Shown here: positions 1 to 9,237 of the stretch, piece by piece | Layout: the number at the start of each line of letters is the position of its first letter | Position numbering within the stretch: position 1 is the first letter of the stretch | Translations under genes and position numbers: made by a program | The notes under the pieces: model-generated | The model's database searches: none | What the model was told of the DNA's origin: nothing | Seen by the model: the letters and a program-made list of their open reading frames with translations, nothing else | Source: a virus | Taxonomy: Duplodnaviria; Heunggongvirae; Uroviricota; Caudoviricetes | Reading direction: 5' to 3' (one strand) | Virus record (IMG/VR): IMGVR_UViG_3300030021_000030 | Coordinates: 1-18,562 of that record | Length of the DNA: 18,562 nucleotides

Positions 1-288
1 TCAATGGTTGGCGTCATTATCTTTTTCTCTTTCTGAACGTGAATATTGCGGTGGACGGTTCATCAGCTGTGGGGCAAGACGTTTTGCCACCTGAAGAATA
101 ACCACCACCGCAGCGGGAAACATGAGCAAAACACCGAGAAAAATCATCAGAATCTGCACTTCTGGCCGAGAAAATGGCTCAGGCAGCGACAGGGAGTCGC
201 TTACCGACAGCAGCGCCACCGCCAGTAGCATCATTCCGATAAATTCCAGTATCAACACGCCTTTAGGCAATTTACCGATCGCGCGCAT
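1..288 (-). CDS. ybjC: Small inner-membrane protein YbjC (DUF1418), 95 aa, complete
   Basis: 95-aa ORF whose sequence I recognise as E. coli YbjC; conserved ybjC-grxA-ybjM-ybjL synteny; stop codon at 1-3. Confidence 0.8.
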   Translation of the reverse strand: MRAIGKLPKGVLILEFIGMMLLAVALLSVSDSLSLPEPFSRPEVQILMIFLGVLLMFPAAVVVILQVAKRLAPQLMNRPPQYSRSEREKDNDANH

Positions 289-447
289 ACGCTTCCCTCT
301 GCAAAGTGAGCCTTCAGTCTAAAACTTTTCACTGTATTGTGTTTAACAGTTATAGCTTTTAGCAATTAATGCAACAGGTTAAACCTACTTTCAGCGAATA
401 CATTTTAGCGTGATCATTACAGGCATAAATCTATGAGGAGAGAAATA

Positions 448-705
448 ATGCAAACCGTTATTTTTGGTCGTTCGGGTTGCCCTTACTGTGTGCGTGCAAA
501 AGATCTGGCTGAGAAATTGAGCAATGAACGCGATGATTTTCAGTATCAGTATGTAGATATTCGTGCGGAAGGGATCACTAAAGAAGATCTACAACAAAAG
601 GCAGGTAAACCCGTAGAAACCGTGCCGCAGATTTTTGTCGATCAGCAACATATCGGCGGCTATACCGATTTTGCTGCATGGGTGAAAGAAAATCTGGACG
701 CCTGA
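448..705 (+). CDS. grxA: Glutaredoxin 1 (85 aa)
   Basis: Translation MQTVIFGRSGCPYCVRAKDL... has the CPYC dithiol active site and glutaredoxin fold signature. Start placed at the second ATG (448), preceded by GAGGAGAG Shine-Dalgarno, rather than the ORF-track start at 433. Confidence 0.9.
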   Translation: MQTVIFGRSGCPYCVRAKDLAEKLSNERDDFQYQYVDIRAEGITKEDLQQKAGKPVETVPQIFVDQQHIGGYTDFAAWVKENLDA

Positions 706-715
706 TCGTCTGACA

Positions 716-747
716 AGCCCTCGCGTTGAGGGCTTTACTGATTTTTT
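716..747 (+). terminator. Putative rho-independent terminator downstream of grxA
   Basis: Inverted repeat agccctc (716-722) / gagggct (728-734) with 5-nt loop, followed by a T-rich stretch (tttttt at 742-747). Overlaps the convergent ybjM stop. Confidence 0.45.
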
Positions 748-1112
748 CTGTGCTGTGGTTTAAACAAACTACTGATAAATAAGAAACACAGTGCCCCCAG
801 CGCACACCAGAACACCGCGCTTAGTAACCATGCCAGCTCTTGCCAGAATGAGCGCGTCGGTGAAAAAAACAGCCGCATAATGAGCATTGAACAGGGTGCC
901 GCCAGCATTGCGCCAAATAGAGGTTTCAGGACTTCTCTACGCTGTGAAAAGAAACTGGCAACTGCTCCAGGAAGAATGAAAAATAGCAAGCCGATTTCAG
1001 GATGCCCGGCAGCCCGAAAAGCGCCTTTCATGTGCGTCGCCAGAAAAAGGCACACCACAATGAAGAGGACAAAACAGCAGATTGCCCCCGCCCAACGTTG
1101 TTTATGTTTCAC
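735..1112 (-). CDS. ybjM: Inner membrane protein YbjM (125 aa)
   Basis: 125-aa hydrophobic ORF matching the E. coli YbjM sequence and position between grxA and ybjL. Confidence 0.8.
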   Translation of the reverse strand: MKHKQRWAGAICCFVLFIVVCLFLATHMKGAFRAAGHPEIGLLFFILPGAVASFFSQRREVLKPLFGAMLAAPCSMLIMRLFFSPTRSFWQELAWLLSAVFWCALGALCFLFISSLFKPQHRKNQ

Positions 1113-1381
1113 TCGTTCCTCCTGACACTGCGTCTATCGAACACATTTTTCGCCAGTGTGGCGTTCAGTAAGATAAAGCCGCTTCGCATTCCATGCTAAT
1201 ATAGGCCAACGCAATTCATATAGCCGTTGATACCTAATGTGATTACACTAGTAAAATATATTGTTACTTTACTATCGTTTAGGTGCGCTGAATGAATCTG
1301 CGCCCTGAATTCTGGTAAAAAACATTATCGTAAATTACCATTTCTTTCAACAGCTTACTAGTAAACAAGAAGTTAGCCTCC

Positions 1382-3067
1382 GTGAATATAAACGTCGCCG
1401 AATTGTTAAATGGGAATTACATTCTGTTATTATTTGTGGTCCTCGCGCTTGGGCTATGTCTCGGAAAGTTACGACTTGGTTCGATCCAACTGGGTAATTC
1501 CATTGGCGTTTTAGTCGTATCGCTGTTATTAGGCCAACAACATTTCAGCATTAACACCGATGCGCTTAATCTTGGCTTTATGCTGTTTATTTTCTGCGTC
1601 GGGGTCGAAGCCGGACCGAACTTTTTTTCCATTTTTTTTCGCGATGGGAAAAATTACCTAATGTTAGCACTGGTGATGGTTGGCAGTGCGCTGGTGATCG
1701 CCTTAGGGTTAGGTAAGCTGTTTGGCTGGGATATTGGCCTGACGGCCGGTATGTTAGCAGGCTCTATGACGTCGACACCGGTTCTGGTCGGTGCTGGCGA
1801 TACACTGCGTCATTTCGGCATGGAAAGCAGGCAGCTCTCACTGGCACTGGATAATCTGAGCCTCGGGTATGCCTTAACCTATTTAATCGGTCTGGTGAGT
1901 TTGATTGTTGGTGCGCGTTACTTGCCGAAATTGCAGCATCAGGACTTACAGACCAGCGCCCAGCAAATCGCCCGCGAACGTGGCCTGGACACTGATGCCA
2001 ACCGTAAGGTTTATTTACCGGTGATCCGCGCCTATCGCGTCGGCCCGGAGCTGGTGGCCTGGACCGACGGCAAAAATCTGCGTGAACTGGGTATTTATCG
2101 ACAAACCGGCTGCTACATTGAACGTATTCGACGTAACGGGATTCTGGCAAATCCAGACGGTGATGCCGTGCTACAAATGGGCGATGAAATAGCGTTGGTA
2201 GGCTATCCCGACGCCCATGCCCGACTCGATCCCAGCTTCCGTAACGGTAAAGAAGTTTTCGATCGTGACCTTCTCGACATGCGTATCGTCACTGAAGAAG
2301 TGGTCGTTAAAAACCATAACGCTGTAGGTAAACGTCTCGCACAACTGAAGTTGACCGATCACGGTTGCTTCCTTAACCGCGTCATTCGTAGCCAGATTGA
2401 GATGCCGATAGATGACAACGTCGTGCTTAACAAAGGTGACGTTTTACAAGTCAGCGGCGATGCCCGCCGCGTAAAAACCATCGCCGATCGCATCGGCTTT
2501 ATCTCGATTCACAGCCAGGTCACTGACCTGCTGGCATTTTGCGCCTTCTTTGTTATTGGGCTGATGATCGGGATGATCACCTTCCAGTTCAGCACATTCA
2601 GTTTCGGCATGGGGAACGCTGCCGGGTTGTTATTCGCCGGAATTATGCTGGGCTTTATGCGTGCTAACCACCCGACCTTCGGTTACATTCCGCAAGGTGC
2701 ATTAAGCATGGTGAAAGAGTTCGGCTTGATGGTGTTTATGGCAGGCGTTGGTCTGAGCGCCGGTAGCGGTATTAATAACGGCCTGGGCGCGATTGGCGGT
2801 CAGATGTTGATTGCCGGATTAATTGTCAGTCTTGTGCCCGTGGTTATCTGTTTCTTGTTCGGTGCTTATGTATTGCGAATGAACCGCGCACTGTTGTTCG
2901 GCGCAATGATGGGCGCACGCACCTGCGCGCCGGCAATGGAGATCATCAGTGATACAGCTCGCAGTAACATCCCTGCGCTGGGCTATGCGGGCACCTACGC
3001 AATCGCCAACGTCCTGCTGACGCTGGCAGGGACAATCATCGTCATGGTATGGCCAGGATTAGGATAA
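1382..3067 (+). CDS. ybjL: Putative transporter YbjL (AAE-family permease with two central TrkA-C/RCK_C domains), 561 aa, GTG start
   Basis: 561-aa ORF beginning [20 protein letters not shown]...; hydrophobic N- and C-terminal halves separated by a soluble region; start codon is GTG at 1382. Confidence 0.9.
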   Translation: MNINVAELLNGNYILLLFVVLALGLCLGKLRLGSIQLGNSIGVLVVSLLLGQQHFSINTDALNLGFMLFIFCVGVEAGPNFFSIFFRDGKNYLMLALVMVGSALVIALGLGKLFGWDIGLTAGMLAGSMTSTPVLVGAGDTLRHFGMESRQLSLALDNLSLGYALTYLIGLVSLIVGARYLPKLQHQDLQTSAQQIARERGLDTDANRKVYLPVIRAYRVGPELVAWTDGKNLRELGIYRQTGCYIERIRRNGILANPDGDAVLQMGDEIALVGYPDAHARLDPSFRNGKEVFDRDLLDMRIVTEEVVVKNHNAVGKRLAQLKLTDHGCFLNRVIRSQIEMPIDDNVVLNKGDVLQVSGDARRVKTIADRIGFISIHSQVTDLLAFCAFFVIGLMIGMITFQFSTFSFGMGNAAGLLFAGIMLGFMRANHPTFGYIPQGALSMVKEFGLMVFMAGVGLSAGSGINNGLGAIGGQMLIAGLIVSLVPVVICFLFGAYVLRMNRALLFGAMMGARTCAPAMEIISDTARSNIPALGYAGTYAIANVLLTLAGTIIVMVWPGLG

Positions 3068-3179
3068 AACTGAAGTTGCCCTGAAAATGAAATTTTTTTG
3101 CACAACCGCAGAACTTTTCCGCAGGGCATCAGTCTTAATTAGTGCCACTGCTTTTCTTTGATGTCCCCATTTTGTGGAG

Positions 3180-3225
3180 CCCATCAACCCCGCCATTTCG
3201 GTTCAAGGTTGATGGGTTTTTTGTT
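3180..3225 (+). terminator. Rho-independent terminator downstream of ybjL
   Basis: 10-bp perfect stem cccatcaacc (3180-3189) / ggttgatggg (3207-3216) followed by TTTTTT (3217-3222). Confidence 0.6.
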
Positions 3226-3302
3226 GCCTGAAATTTATGCCTTTTAAAATCATGATGTTAGAAGCACTGTTTTTTAACGATGGCGACAAATTGGCGGCAG
3301 CG

Positions 3303-3521
3303 TCAAAGAGAGAGCGCCACCTGTCCTGATTTCATTGGATGCGGCTGAACCGGATTTGACTCTTTTGGCGTTGCAATCGAACGAACAAAAGTTTCATGGG
3401 TAACAAAAGTATGGCTGCAGTTAATGTTCTGGCACTGGTTGTAACGCTCTTTGGTCAATGAAGATACCTGAAAACTGCTGCGAGTATGGGCGGCACTTCC
3501 ACACAGTGGGCAAATCATCAT
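3303..3521 (-). CDS. ogr: Ogr-family late-gene transcriptional activator (zinc finger), 72 aa
   Basis: MMICPLCGSAAHTRSS...KERYNQCQNINCSHTF: Cys-X2-Cys ... Cys-X4-Cys zinc-binding motif typical of P2 Ogr / P4 Delta. Start moved to the internal Met so the product is 72 aa, the length of P2 Ogr. Confidence 0.85.
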   Translation of the reverse strand: MMICPLCGSAAHTRSSFQVSSLTKERYNQCQNINCSHTFVTHETFVRSIATPKESNPVQPHPMKSGQVALSL

Positions 3522-3611
3522 TTTTCGAGTTCTCCCCATTTTTGCTAAATTCACAATAATGATACCGCATTATTCCATTTTGAAAACTTAAAAGTTCTCC
3601 ATTGCGAAGAA

Positions 3612-4712
3612 TCATTCCATTTCGAAATCATCAATCTTCACTTCAAGCTCCAGACTGGTCGTAAAACCGTTATCCGGGCTGACGGTATGTGTCAGAGTCG
3701 TAATGGTCCATTCCGCATCATCTATCGGCTGTTTAAAACCACTGACCTTCACAGGCATTTCCGTGTAGAGATCTGCCCGCCCTTCCGCCAGTTGTAGCGA
3801 GAATGACGCAACGCCGCGTTGCAGGCGTTCCCACTGCATTTTTGCCGCTCGTTCGGCGTTGCTCCGGTTGGCATAAGTGCGATTAAGTACCAGCACGTTT
3901 TCATCCGTCCCCACCAGGTAATCGCCCTGCTTCGCTTCCGGCTCTTTCTTCTGCTTCTTAGTCCTGTGCTTACGCTTCACCGTAGTGCTTTCTTTCTTCG
4001 CGGGTTCGCGGGTATGCAACCAGCTGGCAATTACCCCCGTGTAGGCTCCGCGATCTGCCAGGGTAAAGCGGTGACTGTCGCCGTCCTTGCGTGTGATAGT
4101 GATCACCGGCAGTGGTTTACCAGTGGCGCTTTTGCCCTGTCCCTGCCGGATGAATAACAGATTGCCATTTTTCACCGACGCGATGGCACCGTACTGGCGC
4201 GCCAGCCGCATCAGAAAACTGCCGTCACTCTCATTAGTCTGGTCTATATGCTCCACGGGCTTATCCGACAGGTCTTTACCCAGTGCCATCTTCAGCTTGT
4301 GACGCGCGGCTATTTCCTTCACCACTTCCCCGACAGTGGTCTTGTGCCACGATTTTTCACGGCGGGTATTCAGCGTTTCCCTAAAATCAGCACTTCGCGC
4401 CCGGATAGTCAGGCGATCCGGTGCGCCAGTGTGTTCAATCTCGTCCACCGTGAATGCCCCTTTCGGGAAAAGCGGCTGCCCCTTCCAGCCCAGCGCCAGC
4501 GTAATGACCGCACCACGGCGCGGCAGCACGATTTTTCCGTCGGCGTCGTCCAGCTCCAGATCAAGCTGGTCCGCTTCAAAGCCCCGGTTATCCGTCAGCG
4601 TAAGCCCCATCAGGCGGTTGACCAGCACAGTGGTGATATCCTTGCCTTCAATACTGATGCTGAATGCTGGAGTTTTGTTGCCTTTGTTAAGCAGTTCAGA
4701 GCTGAAATTCAC
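3612..4712 (-). CDS. D: P2 gpD-like tail protein (late control gene D family)
   Basis: 366-aa ORF with the LTDNRGFEADQLDLELDDADG and WAV-type motifs characteristic of gpD; lies between U and ogr as in P2. Confidence 0.9.
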   Translation of the reverse strand: MNFSSELLNKGNKTPAFSISIEGKDITTVLVNRLMGLTLTDNRGFEADQLDLELDDADGKIVLPRRGAVITLALGWKGQPLFPKGAFTVDEIEHTGAPDRLTIRARSADFRETLNTRREKSWHKTTVGEVVKEIAARHKLKMALGKDLSDKPVEHIDQTNESDGSFLMRLARQYGAIASVKNGNLLFIRQGQGKSATGKPLPVITITRKDGDSHRFTLADRGAYTGVIASWLHTREPAKKESTTVKRKHRTKKQKKEPEAKQGDYLVGTDENVLVLNRTYANRSNAERAAKMQWERLQRGVASFSLQLAEGRADLYTEMPVKVSGFKQPIDDAEWTITTLTHTVSPDNGFTTSLELEVKIDDFEME

Positions 4713-5194
4713 GACAGCAGCCCTCCCACCGTTTTACTGATATCGCTTAAGGCAGACGTTGCCGTATCCTGCAAATTATTCAGCTGCGCACTGAGATCAC
4801 CGAACATATCGGACAGGGATTCATCCACCCGTTTGAGCGACAGGGTGAACTCAATCCGGCGCGGCATACCATCGCGGAAAAACTCCGTTTTAGTCTGATT
4901 CAGTCCCTCAATCACATACATGCCGTAAATCGTGCCGCTGCCTTCAATCAGGGGCCATGCTTTTCCCTGTTCTGCCATCTGCTCCAGAGCCAGCAACGAC
5001 AGCCTGCCGCCCGTTATCTCTGGCATAAGAACACCAGAAAGCGTCAGCATGTCGTTGTCCGGTCCCAGAAACTGCGTGGACGGACGTCGGTTGACCCGGC
5101 TGTTTGCCGCATGTCGCCAGCTGCGTTGATACTGCAGTTCCTGATACGGCACAGTGCGCAGCATAAACACGTACAATCCCAGCACCATCATCAT
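4709..5194 (-). CDS. U: P2 gpU-like tail protein
   Basis: 161-aa ORF in the P2 position between T and D; 4-nt ATGA overlaps with both neighbours. Confidence 0.85.
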   Translation of the reverse strand: MMMVLGLYVFMLRTVPYQELQYQRSWRHAANSRVNRRPSTQFLGPDNDMLTLSGVLMPEITGGRLSLLALEQMAEQGKAWPLIEGSGTIYGMYVIEGLNQTKTEFFRDGMPRRIEFTLSLKRVDESLSDMFGDLSAQLNNLQDTATSALSDISKTVGGLLS

Positions 5195-8100
5195 GCGTCG
5201 TATCCCCCCTGATCGCTGTAGTTACTCCTGGCTTTTGCCTTCAGCCTGCGTTCACGTTCATCAAGCTGACGTGCCACCTCCCGCGCAATATCCTGCGCAC
5301 TTTGTCCTGGCTGCGTCTGAATGATGATCTGCATCGGTGCCTCAATCCGCTGAACGGGCGGCACAGTGGCTGCACGACTCACCATCGCTTCGTCGCCTTT
5401 CGCGGGAAGTGCCAAAGGGTGCAACGGTGGAAACTCTGCTGGCGCGGCAGCAACGCCCATCATTCCGGCAACAACGGCAGCCAGTGCAGCTGTATTTCTC
5501 CGGCTGGTCACATTTGCCGGGCCGTTAACAATTTCCGGCCCGTTTTCACCGACGATGCCAAACTGCCCGCGCGGGATATACCCGCCGCTGTCATACATCC
5601 CCGCAAAGCCATATCCCCATGACGGAAAACCACCCGATGGCATCATCACTTTACCGTCTGCATTCACCGTCGCAGGTTGCTGACGCGTCACGCTTTCCGG
5701 CAGTTTCGCCTTTGCAGCTTCTTTACTGACAATGCCGAGTTTATCCAGCAACCAGGAAACACCGGATTTCAGGGAGTCCAGCGGATGCATGACCATATTC
5801 AGCCCTTCCGCCAGTGCCTCCCCGAATCGTCGCCCCATTGCCGCTGCGCTCTGCAGTTCGGCAGAGGTCGACTTAACAGGCGTCAGCAGATTAGTAAACC
5901 AGCCCCACAGCGCCTGTACTTTGTCGCCAATCCACTGAAACACAGGCTTAAGTGGTTCGAATGCAGCACTGATGGGACCTGCCGCCGCTTTGAATCCTTC
6001 CACCACGCCACCGAGAAATGCGGTGATGGGTTGCCAGTATTTCCAGACAACCAGCGCTACGCCTGCCAGTGCAGTAACCACAAGACCTATCGGACTGAGC
6101 AGAGCACCTAACAGACCAGATATGGCATACAGGGCAACGCGCAGCATCGCCAGCGGACCGGATGCCAGCACACGAAGCACCGTGCCTGCGGAGGCCAGTC
6201 CACCGCGCAGTACCGCCAGAGGATTCATAAACATCACAGCAACAGCACGTAAACCGGATAATCCAGACCGCAAAAGTGCAACCGGCGCACCTGCTACAGT
6301 TTTCAGGACATTTCCCGTCAGTGATGCCGTGCGGCGCAAAGACGACAACGGCGCAGTAAGTAAACCTGCGGCGTTGCCCGATGAAGCAAGCCCGCGTCGC
6401 AGCAGTGCCAGTGGTGCGCAAGCTAACCAGGACAACGCGCTGCTGGTTCGTGTTACTGCTGCCGTAACGGAAGGTAACGTTTTGATACCCAGCACAGCAG
6501 CCAACACCACAGCCAGGGTGCCGAGGCCCACAGTAACAGCAGCCACAACCGCGGCTACTTTCATCAGTGTGCCCGTCAGTTCAGGGTTAGCTTCCACCCA
6601 GCGACGCAACGCCCCCGTGATGCTTTTCACCGTGTACAGAATATCCATCAGCGGCTGGCGCAGCGTTTCGCCCAGGCTGCTGAAGGTGTTCTGCGCTCCG
6701 GTTTTGACCAGCAACCACTGCGCAGAAAGTGAGTCCTTGTTAATGTCGGATTCTTTCTGCATCGAACCGAGCGCATCATTGCCCGCTGTCAGTTTTAGCT
6801 GGCGCTGCAGTTCCGGCAGGTTGTTTGCCAGTTTCGCCGCATCATCGCCAAACTCTTTACCAAACAACATGGTCATGGCAGACAGGCGCTTATCCTGCGG
6901 CAGTGCGTTCACCTTCTCCAGTACGCGCTGGATAGTTCCCATCGCATCCTTCGTCATCTGCTTTTCAATCACTTCAGGATTGAGTTTCAGCAGATTCATT
7001 CCTTCAAAGAAACTCTTGCTTTGCATGGTCGCAATGGACAATTCACGCACCATCGCGTTGGCAGCACTGGCAGCGACCTCCGGCGCAGCCCCCAGTGTCA
7101 GGAAGGTGGAACCCAGCGCCGCCGCTTTACGATAATCCAGACGATCAGCCACACCGCCCAGGCGTTGCATGACATCAATGATGTCTGCCCCTTTCGACAT
7201 AGCGTTATCATCCAGATAGTTCAGCGCATCACCGAGCTGTTCAATATTGCGGGTTGGTATTTTGTAGAGCTGGGCGATTTTCCCCAGACTTTCTGACAGT
7301 TCATCCGCTGGCAGCTCAAAGGCTGTTGCCGCCTTTGCTGCCGTACTGGCGAAGGCCAGCAGGTCACGTTTCTGGTCCTCCCAGCTGTCGTCAGGGTTTG
7401 CCACATTCATGCGCGCACCACCTTCAACCAGTGCGGCGAAGTCCACAGCACCGTTTTCCATTGGCAGCTGTTCACTGGCAGCTTTGATGGCATCCTGCAT
7501 TTCGTAAAAACGCGCAGTGCGGTTGCCATTATCGTCACGCAGACCATTGACCTGCTTTGCCACACCTTTCATGGCATCTTCCATGCTGGTATAGCTTTTT
7601 ACCGCCGCCATCACTGGCGCGCCCATTGCCAGCCCTGCAGCCGTGGTGGTGGCTCCGGCTCCTGCGATGCGATCGCGCACTTCAAGCCGTCTTGAGTATT
7701 GTTCTCTGGCAGCCTTCATCCGTGCCTGTTGTTCACCCAGACGTTTAAGTGCTTTTTGCTGGCCCTCCAGTGCCTGACGAGTTTCTTCGGCATTTTTCTT
7801 AAGTTCTCGCTGGGCACTACTGAGTTGTCTGGTATCAATCCCTGATTCTTTAAGTGCCTGACGTTGTCTCTGGACCGCCCCCAACAAGCCGTTATAGGTC
7901 TGCTGAAGTTCCTGTACTCGTGTTTTGGCCTGACTGAATAACTTTGCCTGCGCGGCGGTTGGCCTGTTAGTGGCAGCAAATTGTGTGGCGAGTTTTGCCG
8001 CCTCTTCGCGGGCTGCGTTCAGGTTGTTGGCTGTTATGGCTAGTTGCGAGCGCGTCTTGCGAAATTCATCAATTCTGCCAGCCTGCTTATTCAGTTCTTT

Positions 8101-8229
8101 GAGGCTGTTTCGGGTATTCTGAATTGCGCCAGCCAGCTCTTTCGAACTGGCCTGTGCAGCACGGAATGGGCGGGTGAGTTTGTCAACCGCATTAAGAATG
8201 ACCTGCAGGCGCAGGTTATTATCACTCAT
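5191..8229 (-). CDS. T: Tail tape-measure protein (gpT-like), 1012 aa
   Basis: Very long ORF with an N-terminal coiled-coil/Ala-rich region and central hydrophobic Gly/Ala repeats, in the canonical position after E/E'. Its ATG overlaps the E' stop (ATGAGTGA). Confidence 0.9.
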   Translation of the reverse strand: MSDNNLRLQVILNAVDKLTRPFRAAQASSKELAGAIQNTRNSLKELNKQAGRIDEFRKTRSQLAITANNLNAAREEAAKLATQFAATNRPTAAQAKLFSQAKTRVQELQQTYNGLLGAVQRQRQALKESGIDTRQLSSAQRELKKNAEETRQALEGQQKALKRLGEQQARMKAAREQYSRRLEVRDRIAGAGATTTAAGLAMGAPVMAAVKSYTSMEDAMKGVAKQVNGLRDDNGNRTARFYEMQDAIKAASEQLPMENGAVDFAALVEGGARMNVANPDDSWEDQKRDLLAFASTAAKAATAFELPADELSESLGKIAQLYKIPTRNIEQLGDALNYLDDNAMSKGADIIDVMQRLGGVADRLDYRKAAALGSTFLTLGAAPEVAASAANAMVRELSIATMQSKSFFEGMNLLKLNPEVIEKQMTKDAMGTIQRVLEKVNALPQDKRLSAMTMLFGKEFGDDAAKLANNLPELQRQLKLTAGNDALGSMQKESDINKDSLSAQWLLVKTGAQNTFSSLGETLRQPLMDILYTVKSITGALRRWVEANPELTGTLMKVAAVVAAVTVGLGTLAVVLAAVLGIKTLPSVTAAVTRTSSALSWLACAPLALLRRGLASSGNAAGLLTAPLSSLRRTASLTGNVLKTVAGAPVALLRSGLSGLRAVAVMFMNPLAVLRGGLASAGTVLRVLASGPLAMLRVALYAISGLLGALLSPIGLVVTALAGVALVVWKYWQPITAFLGGVVEGFKAAAGPISAAFEPLKPVFQWIGDKVQALWGWFTNLLTPVKSTSAELQSAAAMGRRFGEALAEGLNMVMHPLDSLKSGVSWLLDKLGIVSKEAAKAKLPESVTRQQPATVNADGKVMMPSGGFPSWGYGFAGMYDSGGYIPRGQFGIVGENGPEIVNGPANVTSRRNTAALAAVVAGMMGVAAAPAEFPPLHPLALPAKGDEAMVSRAATVPPVQRIEAPMQIIIQTQPGQSAQDIAREVARQLDERERRLKAKARSNYSDQGGYDA

Positions 8230-8658
8230 CGTTGGCCCCGCTTCTCTGAATCGCTTTATACCGCCATTCCAGCACTTCGGTCAGCGGCATAACGTCAGTA
8301 ACGGATGGCGGCCAGTGAAAGATGGTGGCGATATCAGCCACCAGATCGTCAACCGTCAGGCTGTCGGTAAACCGGCAAGCACCGACTTCTTCAACAAAAA
8401 AGTGACAACCTCAACCGACATGGCAGTGAGATCTGCCGGGTCCATCTCTGCAATTTCCTGTGCAGTCAGTGCCGGACTGGAGATGCGGGGGATCACGGTC
8501 ATCATCGCGTTTACATCCATATCCATAATGGCCTGCAGGCGTGTACCGCGCAGCGCACCGGACTGCGGTTTACGCAGCACAATTTCGGTGATTTCTGTTT
8601 TACCGCGCTTGATGGGGGTATCCAGTTGAATGGTCTTTTCAGTCTGCTTATCGCTCAT
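8222..8658 (-). CDS. E: Tail assembly chaperone gpE and the frameshifted fusion product gpE+E' (E alone is 8356..8658; E' extension is in the -1 frame, 8222..8395)
   Basis: 100-aa gpE-like ORF; the T_TTT_TTG slippery heptamer sits at codons F87-L88. Manual translation of the -1 frame from the slip site gives a 59-codon open extension (VEEVGACRFTDSLTVDDLVADIATIFHWPPSVTDVMPLTEVLEWRYKAIQRSGANDE) ending at a TGA that overlaps the T start codon. Confidence 0.8.
8395..8401 (-). other. Programmed -1 ribosomal frameshift slippery site T_TTT_TTG (E/E')
   Basis: Minus-strand sequence ACT TTT TTG read directly from plus-strand caaaaaa (8395-8401); same heptamer as the P2 E/E' site. Confidence 0.75.
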
Positions 8659-8712
8659 TTTGCTGTCCTGTCAATTGGGTTCTGGCGCGGTATCCCGCGC
8701 CGTTCAGATATA

Positions 8713-9228
8713 TCAGAGGCCGAGGGCGTTGCGGTGCGCTTCCATCAGGTCCACACCGTCCACAATTTCCACCATGTTGATAAGGTCCACTTCATAGAGC
8801 ACCTCACCATTGATGGTCAGCTTCGCGTAGCTGTTGGTACTGGTCACTTTGGTGGTGTTGCTTTCGCCCGTCTTCCACTCGCCGGAATCCACTTCTTTGT
8901 GACGTCCACGCACGACAAGCTCCACGGCCTGCACTTCCCCGGTATCGTCACGCTGAATAGAGCCGGTAAAGCGCAGCTGGATGCCATCCACCGTGGCTTT
9001 ACCCATCTGTTTAAACAGCAGCAATTCAGTACCACCAATGGAAAATTCTGTGTCCAGCGCACTGTCATCAAGCCCCAGATCCACATCAACTGCACCAGGC
9101 ATTCCGCCGCCGCGATACTTCTCATATTTGCGGGTGAATTTCGGCAGCGTCAGCGACTCAACGATCCCCTGCCAGTTGTTCCCGTCGTTAAACAGGTTCA
9201 GGTGTTTTAATTTGCGTGGTAAAGCCAT
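8713..9228 (-). CDS. FII: Major tail tube protein (gpFII-like)
   Basis: 171-aa ORF beginning MALPRKLKHLNLF..., recognisable as the P2 FII tail tube family; follows FI. Confidence 0.9.
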   Translation of the reverse strand: MALPRKLKHLNLFNDGNNWQGIVESLTLPKFTRKYEKYRGGGMPGAVDVDLGLDDSALDTEFSIGGTELLLFKQMGKATVDGIQLRFTGSIQRDDTGEVQAVELVVRGRHKEVDSGEWKTGESNTTKVTSTNSYAKLTINGEVLYEVDLINMVEIVDGVDLMEAHRNALGL

Positions 9229-9237
9229 GTTGTCCCC

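Noticed and set aside
433-447. Upstream ATG as the grxA start (ORF-track 90-aa version)
   Set aside because: The ATG at 448 gives the canonical 85-aa Grx1 and is correctly spaced from a GAGGAG Shine-Dalgarno; the 433 ATG lies within that Shine-Dalgarno.
1417-2362. Minus-strand ORFs of 71, 128 and 63 aa
   Set aside because: Antisense within ybjL, a conserved host transporter gene; no supporting signals.
3068-3302. Search for the canonical P2 attP/attR 27-bp core
   Set aside because: I could not recognise the P2 core sequence by eye, and the other prophage end is outside the window, so no att site is annotated.
3421-3615. 64-aa minus-strand ORF overlapping ogr in another frame
   Set aside because: Overlaps the ogr coding region and its promoter gap; no recognisable motif; the in-frame 72-aa Ogr zinc-finger reading is far better supported.
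4248-4898. 216-aa and 134-aa plus-strand ORFs
   Set aside because: Antisense to gpD/gpU, which are confidently assigned; composition is Arg/Ser-rich and non-protein-like.
5972-7135. 387-aa plus-strand ORF (with neighbouring plus-strand ORFs at 5302-6111 and 7021-7487)
   Set aside because: Lies entirely antisense to the well-supported tape-measure gene T. Ala/Ser/Thr/Pro/Arg-rich low-complexity composition is typical of spurious open frames in GC-rich antisense strands, and it has no start context.
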